A program made the translations under genes and the position numbers. Below are positions 8,389 to 17,242 of a stretch of DNA of 64,000 bases, in pieces; within the stretch, counting starts at the first letter, position 1; each line of letters opens with the position of its first letter. The notes beneath the pieces were generated by a model. It was not told where the DNA came from. It saw nothing but the letters and a program-made list of their open reading frames with translations, and ran no database searches. The DNA lies in IMG/VR virus record IMGVR_UViG_3300027899_000001, positions 334,373 to 398,372 of that record. The stretch is one strand, 5' to 3'. Source of the stretch: a virus.

Positions 8389-9293
8389 TTAAAAGATTAG
8401 ACTTCCTTCATCATCCCAACGACAATATAATTTACTATTTTCTCTTAAGATAACATATTTAAGAGATTCGTTATTGCCTTTAGACATACAATCATCATCA
8501 ATAACAACTGACATTCCATTTATAGAATAAACTTTTGCACCAAACGGAAGAGTATAAAGAAATTCACCATTTCCCGCCTTTTTAGGAAACATTCTCTCAG
8601 TTCCTATATATGCATTTTCTCCTGTAATATATTTCTTAATAGCACTTATAGTTTCGTCTTTACATGCATTTTCTTTAACCCATTCACCTTCGTCATTTAT
8701 AATAAATCCATCTTTATCTAACTCATAATATATTTTTCTAAAAGTAACTTGATTTGCACCAAGAAATTTACATCTAGCTATAATTTCTTTTGGAGTATGA
8801 TTATCATATTCTTTTAACATATTAAGACTTAAACGAATATTAAATCCTCGTGATTTAAGTAAAGAAATTAATTCTGATAAGTTAAATTTTAATTTTTTAG
8901 AAACTCCAATTATATTTAAATTATTTTCATCAGAAAAAATATCAGCAACAGAAAGACTTATCGTATTTACTTGAAGTTTTTGTAATAATCAATATTATCA
9001 TCATCTAATAATACTCCAGTAGTTTGTAACTCAACATTAGGAAATGGATAATTTAAATCTTTAAATAAAACAGATAAAACTTTTAAGAAATTTGTATTTT
9101 GCAAAGCTTCTCCTGTTCCTGTAAGAATACAAGTATTTACTCCATTCATTACAGCATACTTAATACGTTTTTCTATTTGAATATACATAAAAGTATCTTC
9201 ATATGGAGAATCATGCATTCTACTTACACAAAATGGACATTTATTTACACAACTTTTTGTAGGAACTACGATAGAAATTGTCTAAATGTTCAT
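8389..9293 (-). pseudogene. radical-SAM-like gene interrupted by an in-frame TAG (codon 4) and a -1 frame change at an AAAAAAC site; either a pseudogene or a recoded gene
   Basis: From the ATG at 9291-9293 the reading is ATG AAC ATT TAG ACA.. TKSCVNKCPFCVS (CxxxCxxC) ..LTGTGEAL (GGE-like) up to the stop at 8967. The -1 frame is open from 8991 and runs into ORF 8389..8820 with no start codon. The overlap contains TAC AAA AAC. Confidence 0.5.
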
Positions 9294-9307
9294 ATATTAA
9301 TTATTAT

Positions 9308-9350
9308 TGTGTAAATATAATACTAATTTCTGAATTAAAAAAATATTTTG
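9308..9350 (-). promoter_or_regulatory. conserved promoter-like motif, copy 3
   Basis: tgtgtaaatataatactaatttctgaattaaaaaaatatttt, 17 nt upstream of the ATG at 9293. Confidence 0.5.
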
Positions 9351-9359
9351 CTATTTATT

Positions 9360-10010
9360 TTAAATATTTCCTATAAAAGAAAGTGTAAGAGAATCTACAT
9401 AATAAACTTTAGCTTGTGTAAAAGCTTCTATAGTTTCTGACAAATCTGAATTTATTGATTTACACGCATCTTCAATAACATATGTATTAAAACCTTCCAT
9501 TGCTGCATCTATTGCAGTTTCTTTCACACAATAATCTAGAGCTAAACCACATACGTAAACTTCAACTACATTTCTTTCATTAAGAAAATCTTGAAGTTTT
9601 TTAGGAGCATCTGGATTTATTATTTTTGATCTATCAAATGCACTATAAACATGATTATTCCTTTCCATGCCTTTTTTAAAGATATAAAAATCTTTTTTGC
9701 ATTTTGATAAATTCAGATCTGGATGAAATGAAGCACCTAATGTATCTGCTACACAATGATCAGGCCAAAGAATATCTTTTTCTCCATTTTCTCTTACGTA
9801 ACTATCGTAAACAGAAGCTCCGGGATGTTGTGAGGCGAAAGCATCCATTTCTGGATCATGCCAATCTTGTGTAAATATAACTAAATCAAATCTTTCAAGG
9901 AGATCATTAACTACGGGTACAATTTTGTCTCCATCTGGTACTGCTAGTGATCCTCCAGGGCAAAAATCTCTTTGCAAATCGATCACTATTAATGCTTTTT
10001 TCTTTATCAT
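9360..10010 (-). CDS. pncA: nicotinamidase (isochorismatase family)
   Basis: VIDLQRDFCPGGSLAV matches the PncA N-terminal motif; about 216 aa. Confidence 0.8.
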   Translation of the reverse strand: MIKKKALIVIDLQRDFCPGGSLAVPDGDKIVPVVNDLLERFDLVIFTQDWHDPEMDAFASQHPGASVYDSYVRENGEKDILWPDHCVADTLGASFHPDLNLSKCKKDFYIFKKGMERNNHVYSAFDRSKIINPDAPKKLQDFLNERNVVEVYVCGLALDYCVKETAIDAAMEGFNTYVIEDACKSINSDLSETIEAFTQAKVYYVDSLTLSFIGNI

Positions 10011-10011
10011 A

Positions 10012-10170
10012 TCATCTTATAGTTTGAATTTCATATTCATCATATCCATCTCTTGATTCATCTGAATCTATACATACAATTTCTAATCCAAATGATTGTA
10101 AAGCGTCTGATATATTGTCTACAATTTCATCAGCTCTATCATCATAATCTACTCTAAATTTTGATTTCAT
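10012..10170 (-). CDS. small acidic ORF (52 aa) translationally coupled between nadE and pncA
   Basis: ATG at 10168-10170 overlaps the nadE stop (ATGA) and its own TGA overlaps the pncA ATG (ATGA); it is below the ORF-track size cutoff. Confidence 0.4.
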   Translation of the reverse strand: MKSKFRVDYDDRADEIVDNISDALQSFGLEIVCIDSDESRDGYDEYEIQTIR

Positions 10171-11102
10171 AATTCTTCCTTTTTATTTTTAACATATCTA
10201 TTGTATATACTATTTTCATTTTCTATTATATCGTGTCTATATATATTGACAGGATTATTTCTTTTGAATTGAGATTTTAAATGTCGTTGAATGACAGAGT
10301 GTTGACGCATTTTATTAATTTCATCCATATATACTGCATTAACAGTTGGTGAATGTTTTTCAATAAAGTCTAAATATTCTTTAAGTATTCTATCAACTTC
10401 TTTATAACCATCTCTAGAATTTCCTGTCCAGTCTGGCATTATTTGTCCAAGATCTCCAAGATTTGTAACTCCAAGGCCATCAGTTGCAAGTGCAGTTATC
10501 GTATTTATTATTGTACTTCCTGCTTCATAATTTCCAGCATATTCATTCATAGTTAACCATTCTGCCATATCATATACTTCTGTTTTCCAAAGATTTTGTA
10601 TCATACCATAATCACCTACATCACCATGAAGAGTCCAAAAACCAAGAAGAAATTCTGTATAATTATCAGTAGAAAGAACTATTCCACGATGATATGAAGC
10701 TAAATCATACAAATAAATCATACGCAGTCTTGCTTTAAGATTTCCATTACGTATACGACTTGATGAACCTTCAGGATTAGGCGCATGAAACAGCATATTA
10801 GATTCCATTTTGGAATACATAAAATTATATTCTTCTTCAACGCTATGCTCTAAGAATTTTGTACAAAATACTTTTCCTGTTAATTTGGCTCTTTCTAATT
10901 CTTCTGGTTGATTTGAACTTACTGGCAAACTTCTTCCTATAAGTGGAATATTTAATTCATCACAAACTGGTCTAGCAAGTGCTGCGCAAAGACAACTATC
11001 TATTCCACCTGAAATCCCTATAATAAGAGACTTTATATTATTGTTTGTAATATACAGACTTAATTCTTTTCGAATATTCGATACTGCTATTTGATAATTC
11101 AT
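10167..11102 (-). CDS. nadE: NH3-dependent NAD+ synthetase
   Basis: PP-loop GISGGIDS ATP-pyrophosphatase motif; about 311 aa. Confidence 0.8.
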   Translation of the reverse strand: MNYQIAVSNIRKELSLYITNNNIKSLIIGISGGIDSCLCAALARPVCDELNIPLIGRSLPVSSNQPEELERAKLTGKVFCTKFLEHSVEEEYNFMYSKMESNMLFHAPNPEGSSSRIRNGNLKARLRMIYLYDLASYHRGIVLSTDNYTEFLLGFWTLHGDVGDYGMIQNLWKTEVYDMAEWLTMNEYAGNYEAGSTIINTITALATDGLGVTNLGDLGQIMPDWTGNSRDGYKEVDRILKEYLDFIEKHSPTVNAVYMDEINKMRQHSVIQRHLKSQFKRNNPVNIYRHDIIENENSIYNRYVKNKKEEL

Positions 11103-11110
11103 ATTATTTT

Positions 11111-11344
11111 TTATTTACGTATTATCCAAAATAATAACCAAAGTATAGTCGTGGGTATCCAAATTGCCCAAGTAAATATTGAAAATTTTTCACTATTTTT
11201 TGCCCAACATAAAAATGTTAAAATAGCAGAAGTAGCACTCATTAAAAATAATACACCTGGATAAATAGGGATAAAAAGATTTCCTACTATTAAAATTACA
11301 GTAGTAATTATTAAAGCCATTGTGAAATTTTCAAAAATTTTCAT
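11111..11344 (-). CDS. small membrane protein (two TM helices)
   Basis: Hydrophobic 77 aa protein. Confidence 0.4.
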   Translation of the reverse strand: MKIFENFTMALIITTVILIVGNLFIPIYPGVLFLMSATSAILTFLCWAKNSEKFSIFTWAIWIPTTILWLLFWIIRK

Positions 11345-11371
11345 ATTTATTTGTGTTTAATTATTAAAAAA

Positions 11372-11875
11372 TTATAAATCATTTTCTTTGTGTTTACACC
11401 AAGTTAGATATTCATCTTGATCTCTTATCCATTGTAATAATTCTGGATCAGTAACTTGTTCATGTTCTATTTTAGACCATAATTCGTTATCTCTTTCATT
11501 TTTATCATATTGATTAACGAAATATATTTTCTTAATTCCCGCTGCTATTATATTTTTCAAACATTCACTGCAAGGTTCAAGTATACAATAAAGTTCTGCT
11601 TCTTCAATAGCAATTCCATGTTTGGCTGCAAAATTAATAGCATTCATTTCAGCATGAACCTCATATTTTTTAGACCAATTATGATGGGCTTCTCTATCAG
11701 TTAGAAAATTATAATTAGGAAAATGATCACAACAATTTTCAAATCCTTTAGGTGTCCCATTTATTCCCGTGGAAATAATTCTTCTATCATGAACAATAAG
11801 AGCTCCCACTTGTCTTGAGACACATTTAGATTCTTGTCCAAGTAAATATGCTGTTTTAAGAAAGAAATGTTTCAT
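11372..11875 (-). CDS. dCMP deaminase (cytidine/deoxycytidylate deaminase zinc-binding)
   Basis: HAE...PCxxC motif (HAEMNAI...EPCSECLKNI). Confidence 0.8.
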   Translation of the reverse strand: MKHFFLKTAYLLGQESKCVSRQVGALIVHDRRIISTGINGTPKGFENCCDHFPNYNFLTDREAHHNWSKKYEVHAEMNAINFAAKHGIAIEEAELYCILEPCSECLKNIIAAGIKKIYFVNQYDKNERDNELWSKIEHEQVTDPELLQWIRDQDEYLTWCKHKENDL

Positions 11876-12123
11876 TTGAATTCTGCTTCTAAATTTCTTA
11901 AATGTTCATTAGTATATTCGTATTCTATTTTATCTTCATAATCATAAAGATATATTTTATCTTTACATACTTTTGTTATTTTACACTTAAAATTTTTCCA
12001 AGAATAACAATTATATAAATTATCTACAACTCCTGACCAATTATATTTTTTACCTTCAACTAGTTGAAAACCATCATGAGTTACAAATATCTTTTTGGGT
12101 TTTTTCTTAAATGGATTTTTCAT
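11872..12123 (-). CDS. hypothetical protein
   Basis: 83 aa ORF. Confidence 0.4.
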   Translation of the reverse strand: MKNPFKKKPKKIFVTHDGFQLVEGKKYNWSGVVDNLYNCYSWKNFKCKITKVCKDKIYLYDYEDKIEYEYTNEHLRNLEAEFK

Positions 12124-12323
12124 GGTCTTAAGCTTTTTTGTTCATTTTCTTCTCCATCGCCATCCATTAAAGTAGCAATCATGTTAATAGATTCAAGAAT
12201 AGATTGTCTTAACATTTTAATCCAAGTTTCATAATCCTCTACTTTTGTGATATTAGGACGAATTGTTACGTTTTTTAGATTTTCACAAACAGTTTTAAGC
12301 ACTTTCTTTTCTAACTTTTCCAT
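12120..12323 (-). CDS. hypothetical protein
   Basis: 67 aa ORF. Confidence 0.4.
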   Translation of the reverse strand: MEKLEKKVLKTVCENLKNVTIRPNITKVEDYETWIKMLRQSILESINMIATLMDGDGEENEQKSLRP

Positions 12324-12395
12324 ATTGTTATTTGTTTATTATAATGCTAATATATAAAAAATATGAATACGATGTGATTTTTTGTTGTTAATTTT

Positions 12396-12437
12396 TTGTT
12401 AAAAAAGCAAAAGGGAGAATTTCTTCTCCCTTTCTAT
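12396..12437 (-). terminator. rho-independent terminator downstream of rsr
   Basis: AAGGGAGAAgaaatTCTCCCTT followed by a T-run in minus-strand sense. Confidence 0.55.
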
Positions 12438-12441
12438 TCTA

Positions 12442-14145
12442 TTAGATTTCAATCTTGTTGATTTCATCTATGATTACCTGTGGGTTTATTTCAACCTGAG
12501 GAATCTTTTCGTAGATGTCTTGACCGTAGCCGTAAAGACGGAATACTCTGTTTCCACCCTTTATAGGAGCAGTTGCTGCATATCCGCATACGTTGATGAT
12601 GTATACGTATGGTGTTCCGAACTTCTTGCAGTATCCTGCATAAGAATTTTCTACATTGCTGTATCCATCCTGTTCGTCAGAGATGATAAGAATTCTATCG
12701 TACTGCTTGTTAGTTCTTTCAAACAACTTGAAGCAAGAACCGAAATCTGTACCGTGACCGCAACATCCGTTGTAGGACATGAACTTCTGCTTTAACGTAT
12801 TGATTGAATCGATTGGGTTCCAACCTACAATCTGTTCAGCAGTAGAAGCGAAATGGTATACATCTCCACCAACACCCTTTGCAAATGTTGCAGCTACAAG
12901 TGCAGCCTTGTCAGCTGGCTTCTTATTGATAGCCTTCTTAGGGTCACCATTAAGATAAATGCTGGAGTATCCACCTTTCATAGAACCTGATGTATCGAAT
13001 ACAACTGCTGTTCTACCTTCTGGAAGCAAGTTCTGAAGGTTTGGAATTGACAATTCATATGCTGTTGAAAGTGCCTTTGCAACCTTAGCCAACTGTGTTC
13101 CGTTGAATTCAAGTGTCATCACTTCAAGAGCAATGTCAATCTGGTGTGGCCATACAAGAGACTTACGGATGAATTCCTTTTCAACAAGTAAATCGCACGC
13201 CTTGTCAAGAAGAACAGTATCATTGGTCTTAAGAATGTTACGTACGTTACGAAGTAATGCAAGGTACCCAATCTTCTTAGTTTCAATAAGTTCCTTGTAG
13301 TTTTCAGTCTTAGCTTCATTAAGTTCAACAGTTGCCTGTTCCTTAGTGATAGTTCCAGCCTTAACCTTTTCAGCTACAACCTTTCCTGCTTCAGTATTCT
13401 TATCTTCAACAGTGTTGAACTGCTTAAGAACGCCAAGAACAAGAGCCTTAAGAGTTGGAAGACCAACATTACCATTTTCAGGTGCATCTAAAAGATATTC
13501 ATCCTTTTCGAACTTAGTACCCTTAACAGCCTTCAAGTATTCAGCTTCTGATACAAATACTGTTCCATTTATAGGTGTTTCATGTGGGTGCACTAAGTTA
13601 ACGATGTCAACAAGGCTTACACCACGTGACTTCATCTGGTACTTAGCTAACTGATATGCATCTGCATGTTCAATTGCATCCTTGAATCCCTTCTTAATAG
13701 CGTTTGGAATTGGTGCTTCTACACCATTCTTAGCCTGGTAACATGCAAGAATTTCTGCCATGTCATCAAGACGATAAACGATACCTCCACGATTTTCCTT
13801 ACGGTCTCTCTTAGAGAAGAATCTCTTAGCGATTTCAGAACCTGCAAGGTGAGGGATTAATTCTACTGCACCGTAATGAGTAACAGAACGCTGTCCAAAT
13901 ACTGTACGTGCATAGATAAGTGCCTTAGCTGCGAATAATGCATTCTTCTGCGCAACTCTATTGATAACTTCACGGAATCTCTTTTCACGTTCAGTTTCCT
14001 TTTCGTAATAAGTATTATCTAAACCAGTAGATAAAATACCAATTAATTCATGTTCTGGCTTCTGTGTTAAACCAGTTCCACCCTGTAAAGTTACAGTTTC
14101 CTTAACTTCTGGGTTGCTTACTCTCTTTTCATTGTACTTTGACAT
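12442..14145 (-). CDS. rsr: Ro60-like TROVE-domain protein with C-terminal vWA domain
   Basis: TROVE-like N-terminal region; vWA MIDAS motif VVFDTSGSM; GC content clearly higher than its surroundings; strong Shine-Dalgarno AAAGGAGGT 7 nt upstream of the ATG, unlike the neighbouring genes. Confidence 0.7.
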   Translation of the reverse strand: MSKYNEKRVSNPEVKETVTLQGGTGLTQKPEHELIGILSTGLDNTYYEKETEREKRFREVINRVAQKNALFAAKALIYARTVFGQRSVTHYGAVELIPHLAGSEIAKRFFSKRDRKENRGGIVYRLDDMAEILACYQAKNGVEAPIPNAIKKGFKDAIEHADAYQLAKYQMKSRGVSLVDIVNLVHPHETPINGTVFVSEAEYLKAVKGTKFEKDEYLLDAPENGNVGLPTLKALVLGVLKQFNTVEDKNTEAGKVVAEKVKAGTITKEQATVELNEAKTENYKELIETKKIGYLALLRNVRNILKTNDTVLLDKACDLLVEKEFIRKSLVWPHQIDIALEVMTLEFNGTQLAKVAKALSTAYELSIPNLQNLLPEGRTAVVFDTSGSMKGGYSSIYLNGDPKKAINKKPADKAALVAATFAKGVGGDVYHFASTAEQIVGWNPIDSINTLKQKFMSYNGCCGHGTDFGSCFKLFERTNKQYDRILIISDEQDGYSNVENSYAGYCKKFGTPYVYIINVCGYAATAPIKGGNRVFRLYGYGQDIYEKIPQVEINPQVIIDEINKIEI

Positions 14146-14189
14146 AGTGTACCTCCTTTTTTTACTATTAGTTTATACTAAAGAATTAA

Positions 14190-14420
14190 TTAACATATTA
14201 CTATAAAATGTTTTCTGTTTTCATTATCTTCACACTTAACAGGCATGAATCTTTTATCTTCATAATCTTCTCTTGCAACTTGCATCCAACCATTTTCGGT
14301 TCCTGCTGGATTGTCTCTATTTGCTACCTCAAGTATTTCTTCATCAGTAGCGTCCCATTCTGCGCAAACTTGCATATAACATATGCCTATCATCGGCTGT
14401 GAAACTATTACTCTTTCCAT
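14190..14420 (-). CDS. hypothetical acidic protein
   Basis: 76 aa ORF. Confidence 0.4.
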   Translation of the reverse strand: MERVIVSQPMIGICYMQVCAEWDATDEEILEVANRDNPAGTENGWMQVAREDYEDKRFMPVKCEDNENRKHFIVIC

Positions 14421-14439
14421 ATTAAATTTTATTAAAAAT

Positions 14440-14480
14440 AAAAAAGCCTGAGTAATTTTTTACGATTTCTCAGGCTTTGC
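14440..14480 (-). terminator. rho-independent terminator (GCCTGAG..CTCAGGC followed by TTTTTTATTTTT) about 25 nt upstream of the ATG at 14420
   Basis: aaaaaagcctgagtaattttttacgatttctcaggc; the T-run is on the minus strand. Confidence 0.5.
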
Positions 14481-14686
14481 AATATAATCATAAAGTTCAA
14501 GTTATGAGCTATGCAAATAAAAGTTGAGAAATCTGAGAAGAGTTTAAATTGAAAATTCTAATAAAGATCGTTCGATGTAACTCTTTCTCTTACTACAATC
14601 AATTATATTATTATATATAAAGTCAAAAACTCTTTGTTTTTAGACTTAGTGTTAAAATTTTGTTAAAGATTTATTTATTAAAATTA

Positions 14687-14728
14687 TAGTGTAAATATAA
14701 TAAAAATTCTTGACAGAAAAAACTTTTT
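14687..14728 (-). promoter_or_regulatory. conserved promoter-like motif, copy 4
   Basis: tagtgtaaatataataaaaattcttgacagaaaaaacttttt; it lies about 210 nt upstream of the terminator at 14440-14480. Confidence 0.45.
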
Positions 14729-14742
14729 ATGTTAAAATTTTG

Positions 14743-15336
14743 TTAAAATAATGAAATATTTTTGGTACGATGTAATAATCCATATATTATAAATGCATGA
14801 CCCATCTTTTTATTTGGATCTGTAATAACATCCATAAGAGATTTATTCATCTTAACATGATTGTATCCATCAAAATCTATCAAATAAATATCTCGTTTTT
14901 CAGTTTTATATAATTCTAAAAGTTGCTTATATGCTTCGCTTTGTAATAAAGCTCTTTTATAAATAGGAATGTAAATTTTAATTCTTGCTTGAATATATGA
15001 TAATTTTTCTCCATCCCAATAACTATATAAAGGTTTTGCATCTCTACCCATAGGATATCTGTGAGCAAAATTATCATTCCATATTTTTTCAGCCCATTCA
15101 AAATATGCTGGAGAAGGATCGCCTTTTTCATCTACAAATTCTTTATATACCTTTGATGCTTGCCAGGCGTTTTCTACATTCTTTGCATAATATCCTTTAT
15201 ACAAATGCCCGCCCGGAAGAACAAAAGGAGATAAACCTTGAGTCCAATTTCCTGAACCTGCTCTTGAAGTTGTATTAATTACTACTGCGCCCTCAGGTAT
15301 CTCATACCTTTTAGCGTATGATTCTACGTATAACAT
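14743..15336 (-). CDS. NADAR/YbiA-like (DUF1768) domain protein; candidate ADP-ribose-processing or DNA ADP-ribosyl hydrolase
   Basis: SPFVLPGGHLYKGYYAKNVENAWQASKV resembles the NADAR core (SPF...G..Y...E.A.QA.K). Confidence 0.45.
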   Translation of the reverse strand: MLYVESYAKRYEIPEGAVVINTTSRAGSGNWTQGLSPFVLPGGHLYKGYYAKNVENAWQASKVYKEFVDEKGDPSPAYFEWAEKIWNDNFAHRYPMGRDAKPLYSYWDGEKLSYIQARIKIYIPIYKRALLQSEAYKQLLELYKTEKRDIYLIDFDGYNHVKMNKSLMDVITDPNKKMGHAFIIYGLLHRTKNISLF

Positions 15337-15376
15337 AGTGTAAATATAATAAAAAATTCTGAATTGAAAATATTTA
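15337..15376 (-). promoter_or_regulatory. conserved promoter-like motif, copy 5, directly abutting the ATG
   Basis: atagtgtaaatataataaaaaattctgaattgaaaatattt; only 3-4 nt separate the motif from the ATG at 15336, which suggests a leaderless mRNA. Confidence 0.5.
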
Positions 15377-15527
15377 TGTGTTAAAATTTTGTTAAAATGA
15401 TGAAACTAAACTTTATAGTTAATATATAAATTATATAACCTTGTACTTGGGGGTTTAGTGTTTGAAAGAACATTCGAGTTGGAGAAATACCAACGAATAA
15501 ATTCTCAAATATAAAATAACATAAGGA

Positions 15528-16397
15528 ATGAAAATAAATTACTCAACTCAAAGGGTAACTGTGCCCACTGTATACGTGACCAAAGGTCGCCAAAGAGTAA
15601 AACAGTATGATAACACAATCTATCTTAAAAATGGAGACGAATTCGAAATAGAATTATTCAATCCATTACAATCTAAAGTTTTAGCGAAAATTGAACTCAA
15701 CGGAAAGTATCTTGGTGCTGGAATAGTTTTACGTCCAGGTGAAAGAATGTTTCTTGAAAGATACATCGAAGAGTCCAGAAAATTCATGTTTCAAACATAT
15801 GAAGTTGATGGTGGTGATACTAATGTTCAAGAAGCTATTAAACTTAATGGAGTATTAGAGGTTAAATTTTATAAAGAAACTGCACCTTCACAACCATATT
15901 ACAGAAGTTCTACTATAACTTACACAACCAATCCAAGTTGGACAGTAACACCTACTTATACACATTATAATACAACAATAGGATATTCTGGTGTAAAAAG
16001 TTCAAAAGGAGACATAGAAAATCCTGGTGTTGTTTTTGGTAATGCTACTACTTTATCATGTTCTGTGGATAATACAAAATCATATGTAGATAGTATGCCC
16101 ATTGGAGGTGAAGGATTAGGATTTGCGGGATGCGCTGATTTTTCAAGAGACTTTGCTCCACAAGAACAAACAATAGAAACTGGAAGAGTAGAAAAAGGTT
16201 CAAAATCAGATCAAGAATTTTCTACAGATAATACGCAATTTGATGTTTATTATAGTTGGAGAAGTGTTTGGAAAATTCTTCCAGAATCTCAAAAGCCACT
16301 TATGTCTGAAGACTTAAAAGTATTTTGTACAAATTGTGGAGCTAAAAGAAAAAAATCTTCTCATAAATTTTGCCCAAACTGTGGCAACCAATTTTAA
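15528..16397 (+). CDS. hypothetical protein with C-terminal zinc ribbon
   Basis: C-terminus CTNCGAKRKKSSHKFCPNCGNQF. Confidence 0.45.
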   Translation: MKINYSTQRVTVPTVYVTKGRQRVKQYDNTIYLKNGDEFEIELFNPLQSKVLAKIELNGKYLGAGIVLRPGERMFLERYIEESRKFMFQTYEVDGGDTNVQEAIKLNGVLEVKFYKETAPSQPYYRSSTITYTTNPSWTVTPTYTHYNTTIGYSGVKSSKGDIENPGVVFGNATTLSCSVDNTKSYVDSMPIGGEGLGFAGCADFSRDFAPQEQTIETGRVEKGSKSDQEFSTDNTQFDVYYSWRSVWKILPESQKPLMSEDLKVFCTNCGAKRKKSSHKFCPNCGNQF

Positions 16398-16426
16398 TTA
16401 TTAACTAAACACAAGGTTATATAAAA

Positions 16427-16452
16427 AACTAAAGAGGACTTTAAGTCCTCTT
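16427..16452. terminator. bidirectional terminator between convergent genes
   Basis: GAGGACTttaAGTCCTC hairpin flanked by an A-run and a T-run. Confidence 0.5.
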
Positions 16453-16454
16453 TT

Positions 16455-16781
16455 TTATGAATATAATTCATCAATTTTATTTTGAATATTAGATTTTGGA
16501 CATAATCCTACTTGATGCCAAATATTACCGCCATCCTTAAAAAATATCAATGTGGGAATACTTCGTATACCAAATAATTTAGTAACTTCATGACTTTCAT
16601 CTACGTTACATTTAACAACTTCTATTTTTTGGTTTTCTTCTGAAAGTTCTTCCATAATTGGACCTAATACTCTACAAGGTCCACACCATTCTGCCCAAAA
16701 ATCAACTATTATAGATTTTCCCGAATCTATAAGAATTTCTTTATAATTTTTATCAGTTATTTCTCTCATATTATAATTCAT
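16455..16781 (-). CDS. thioredoxin
   Basis: WCGPC active site. Confidence 0.8.
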   Translation of the reverse strand: MNYNMREITDKNYKEILIDSGKSIIVDFWAEWCGPCRVLGPIMEELSEENQKIEVVKCNVDESHEVTKLFGIRSIPTLIFFKDGGNIWHQVGLCPKSNIQNKIDELYS

Positions 16782-16956
16782 TTATTAAAATTTGTGCTGC
16801 TATTTCACAATCATATTCATTTTCATATACGTGTGTACTTGCTCCTTTAACTACTGTACCATCTAAAGATTTTACTACAAACTCAAAATCATTATAAATA
16901 GGATGACAATGTATCTCAATCATATACCCATTATATTCGTAGTTTTTATTTATCAT
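16771..16956 (-). CDS. hypothetical protein
   Basis: 61 aa ORF. Confidence 0.35.
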   Translation of the reverse strand: MINKNYEYNGYMIEIHCHPIYNDFEFVVKSLDGTVVKGASTHVYENEYDCEIAAQILINEL

Positions 16957-17153
16957 GATACTATCCAGCCATCTTTATTTGCGGTTAAACGATTTATATA
17001 CAGTTTTGCATGTAATTCAGCTTCTGATGGATATGGAAAACTTGGTCCTGTTGGTGTAATTATTTTTCCATCTTTCATAATAGTATACTGATAAGCTGTA
17101 TGCGTTTCATTAATACTAATAAGATATCCGTTATAAACAATGTTATTTTCCAT
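16953..17153 (-). CDS. hypothetical protein
   Basis: 66 aa ORF with a 4-nt overlap. Confidence 0.35.
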   Translation of the reverse strand: MENNIVYNGYLISINETHTAYQYTIMKDGKIITPTGPSFPYPSEAELHAKLYINRLTANKDGWIVS

Positions 17154-17168
17154 AATTTATTTATTTTG

Positions 17169-17242
17169 GTTGTCCCGGCAAGGCTCGAACTTGAAGTCTT
17201 CAGAATCAAAATCTGACGTGTTAACCGATTACACCACGGGAC
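17169..17242 (-). tRNA. tRNA-Gln(UUG)
   Basis: Acceptor TGTCCCG/CGGGACA, anticodon stem TCAGA/TCTGA with loop TTTTGAT. Confidence 0.55.

Noticed and set aside
9099-9314. Plus-strand ORF 9099..9314 and other short plus-strand ORFs in the minus-strand operons (4849..5031, 11510..11704, 14208..14402, 18704..18898, 20710..20898, 21218..21478, 22367..22585, 28121..28351, 34314..34577, 35172..35471, 37100..37449, 40214..40492, 42645..42875, 47410..47634, 50278..50580, 54359..54553)
   Set aside because: All are antisense to or nested in better-supported genes, have low-complexity Phe/Ile/Leu/Tyr-rich products typical of the reverse complement of AT-rich coding DNA, and have no promoter motif.
12520-13860. 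Plus-strand ORFs 12520..12795, 13103..13300, 13346..13654 and 13666..13860, and minus 13119..13328
   Set aside because: They are antisense or out-of-frame to the GC-rich rsr gene. Higher GC removes stop codons by chance, and there are no start contexts or promoter motifs.
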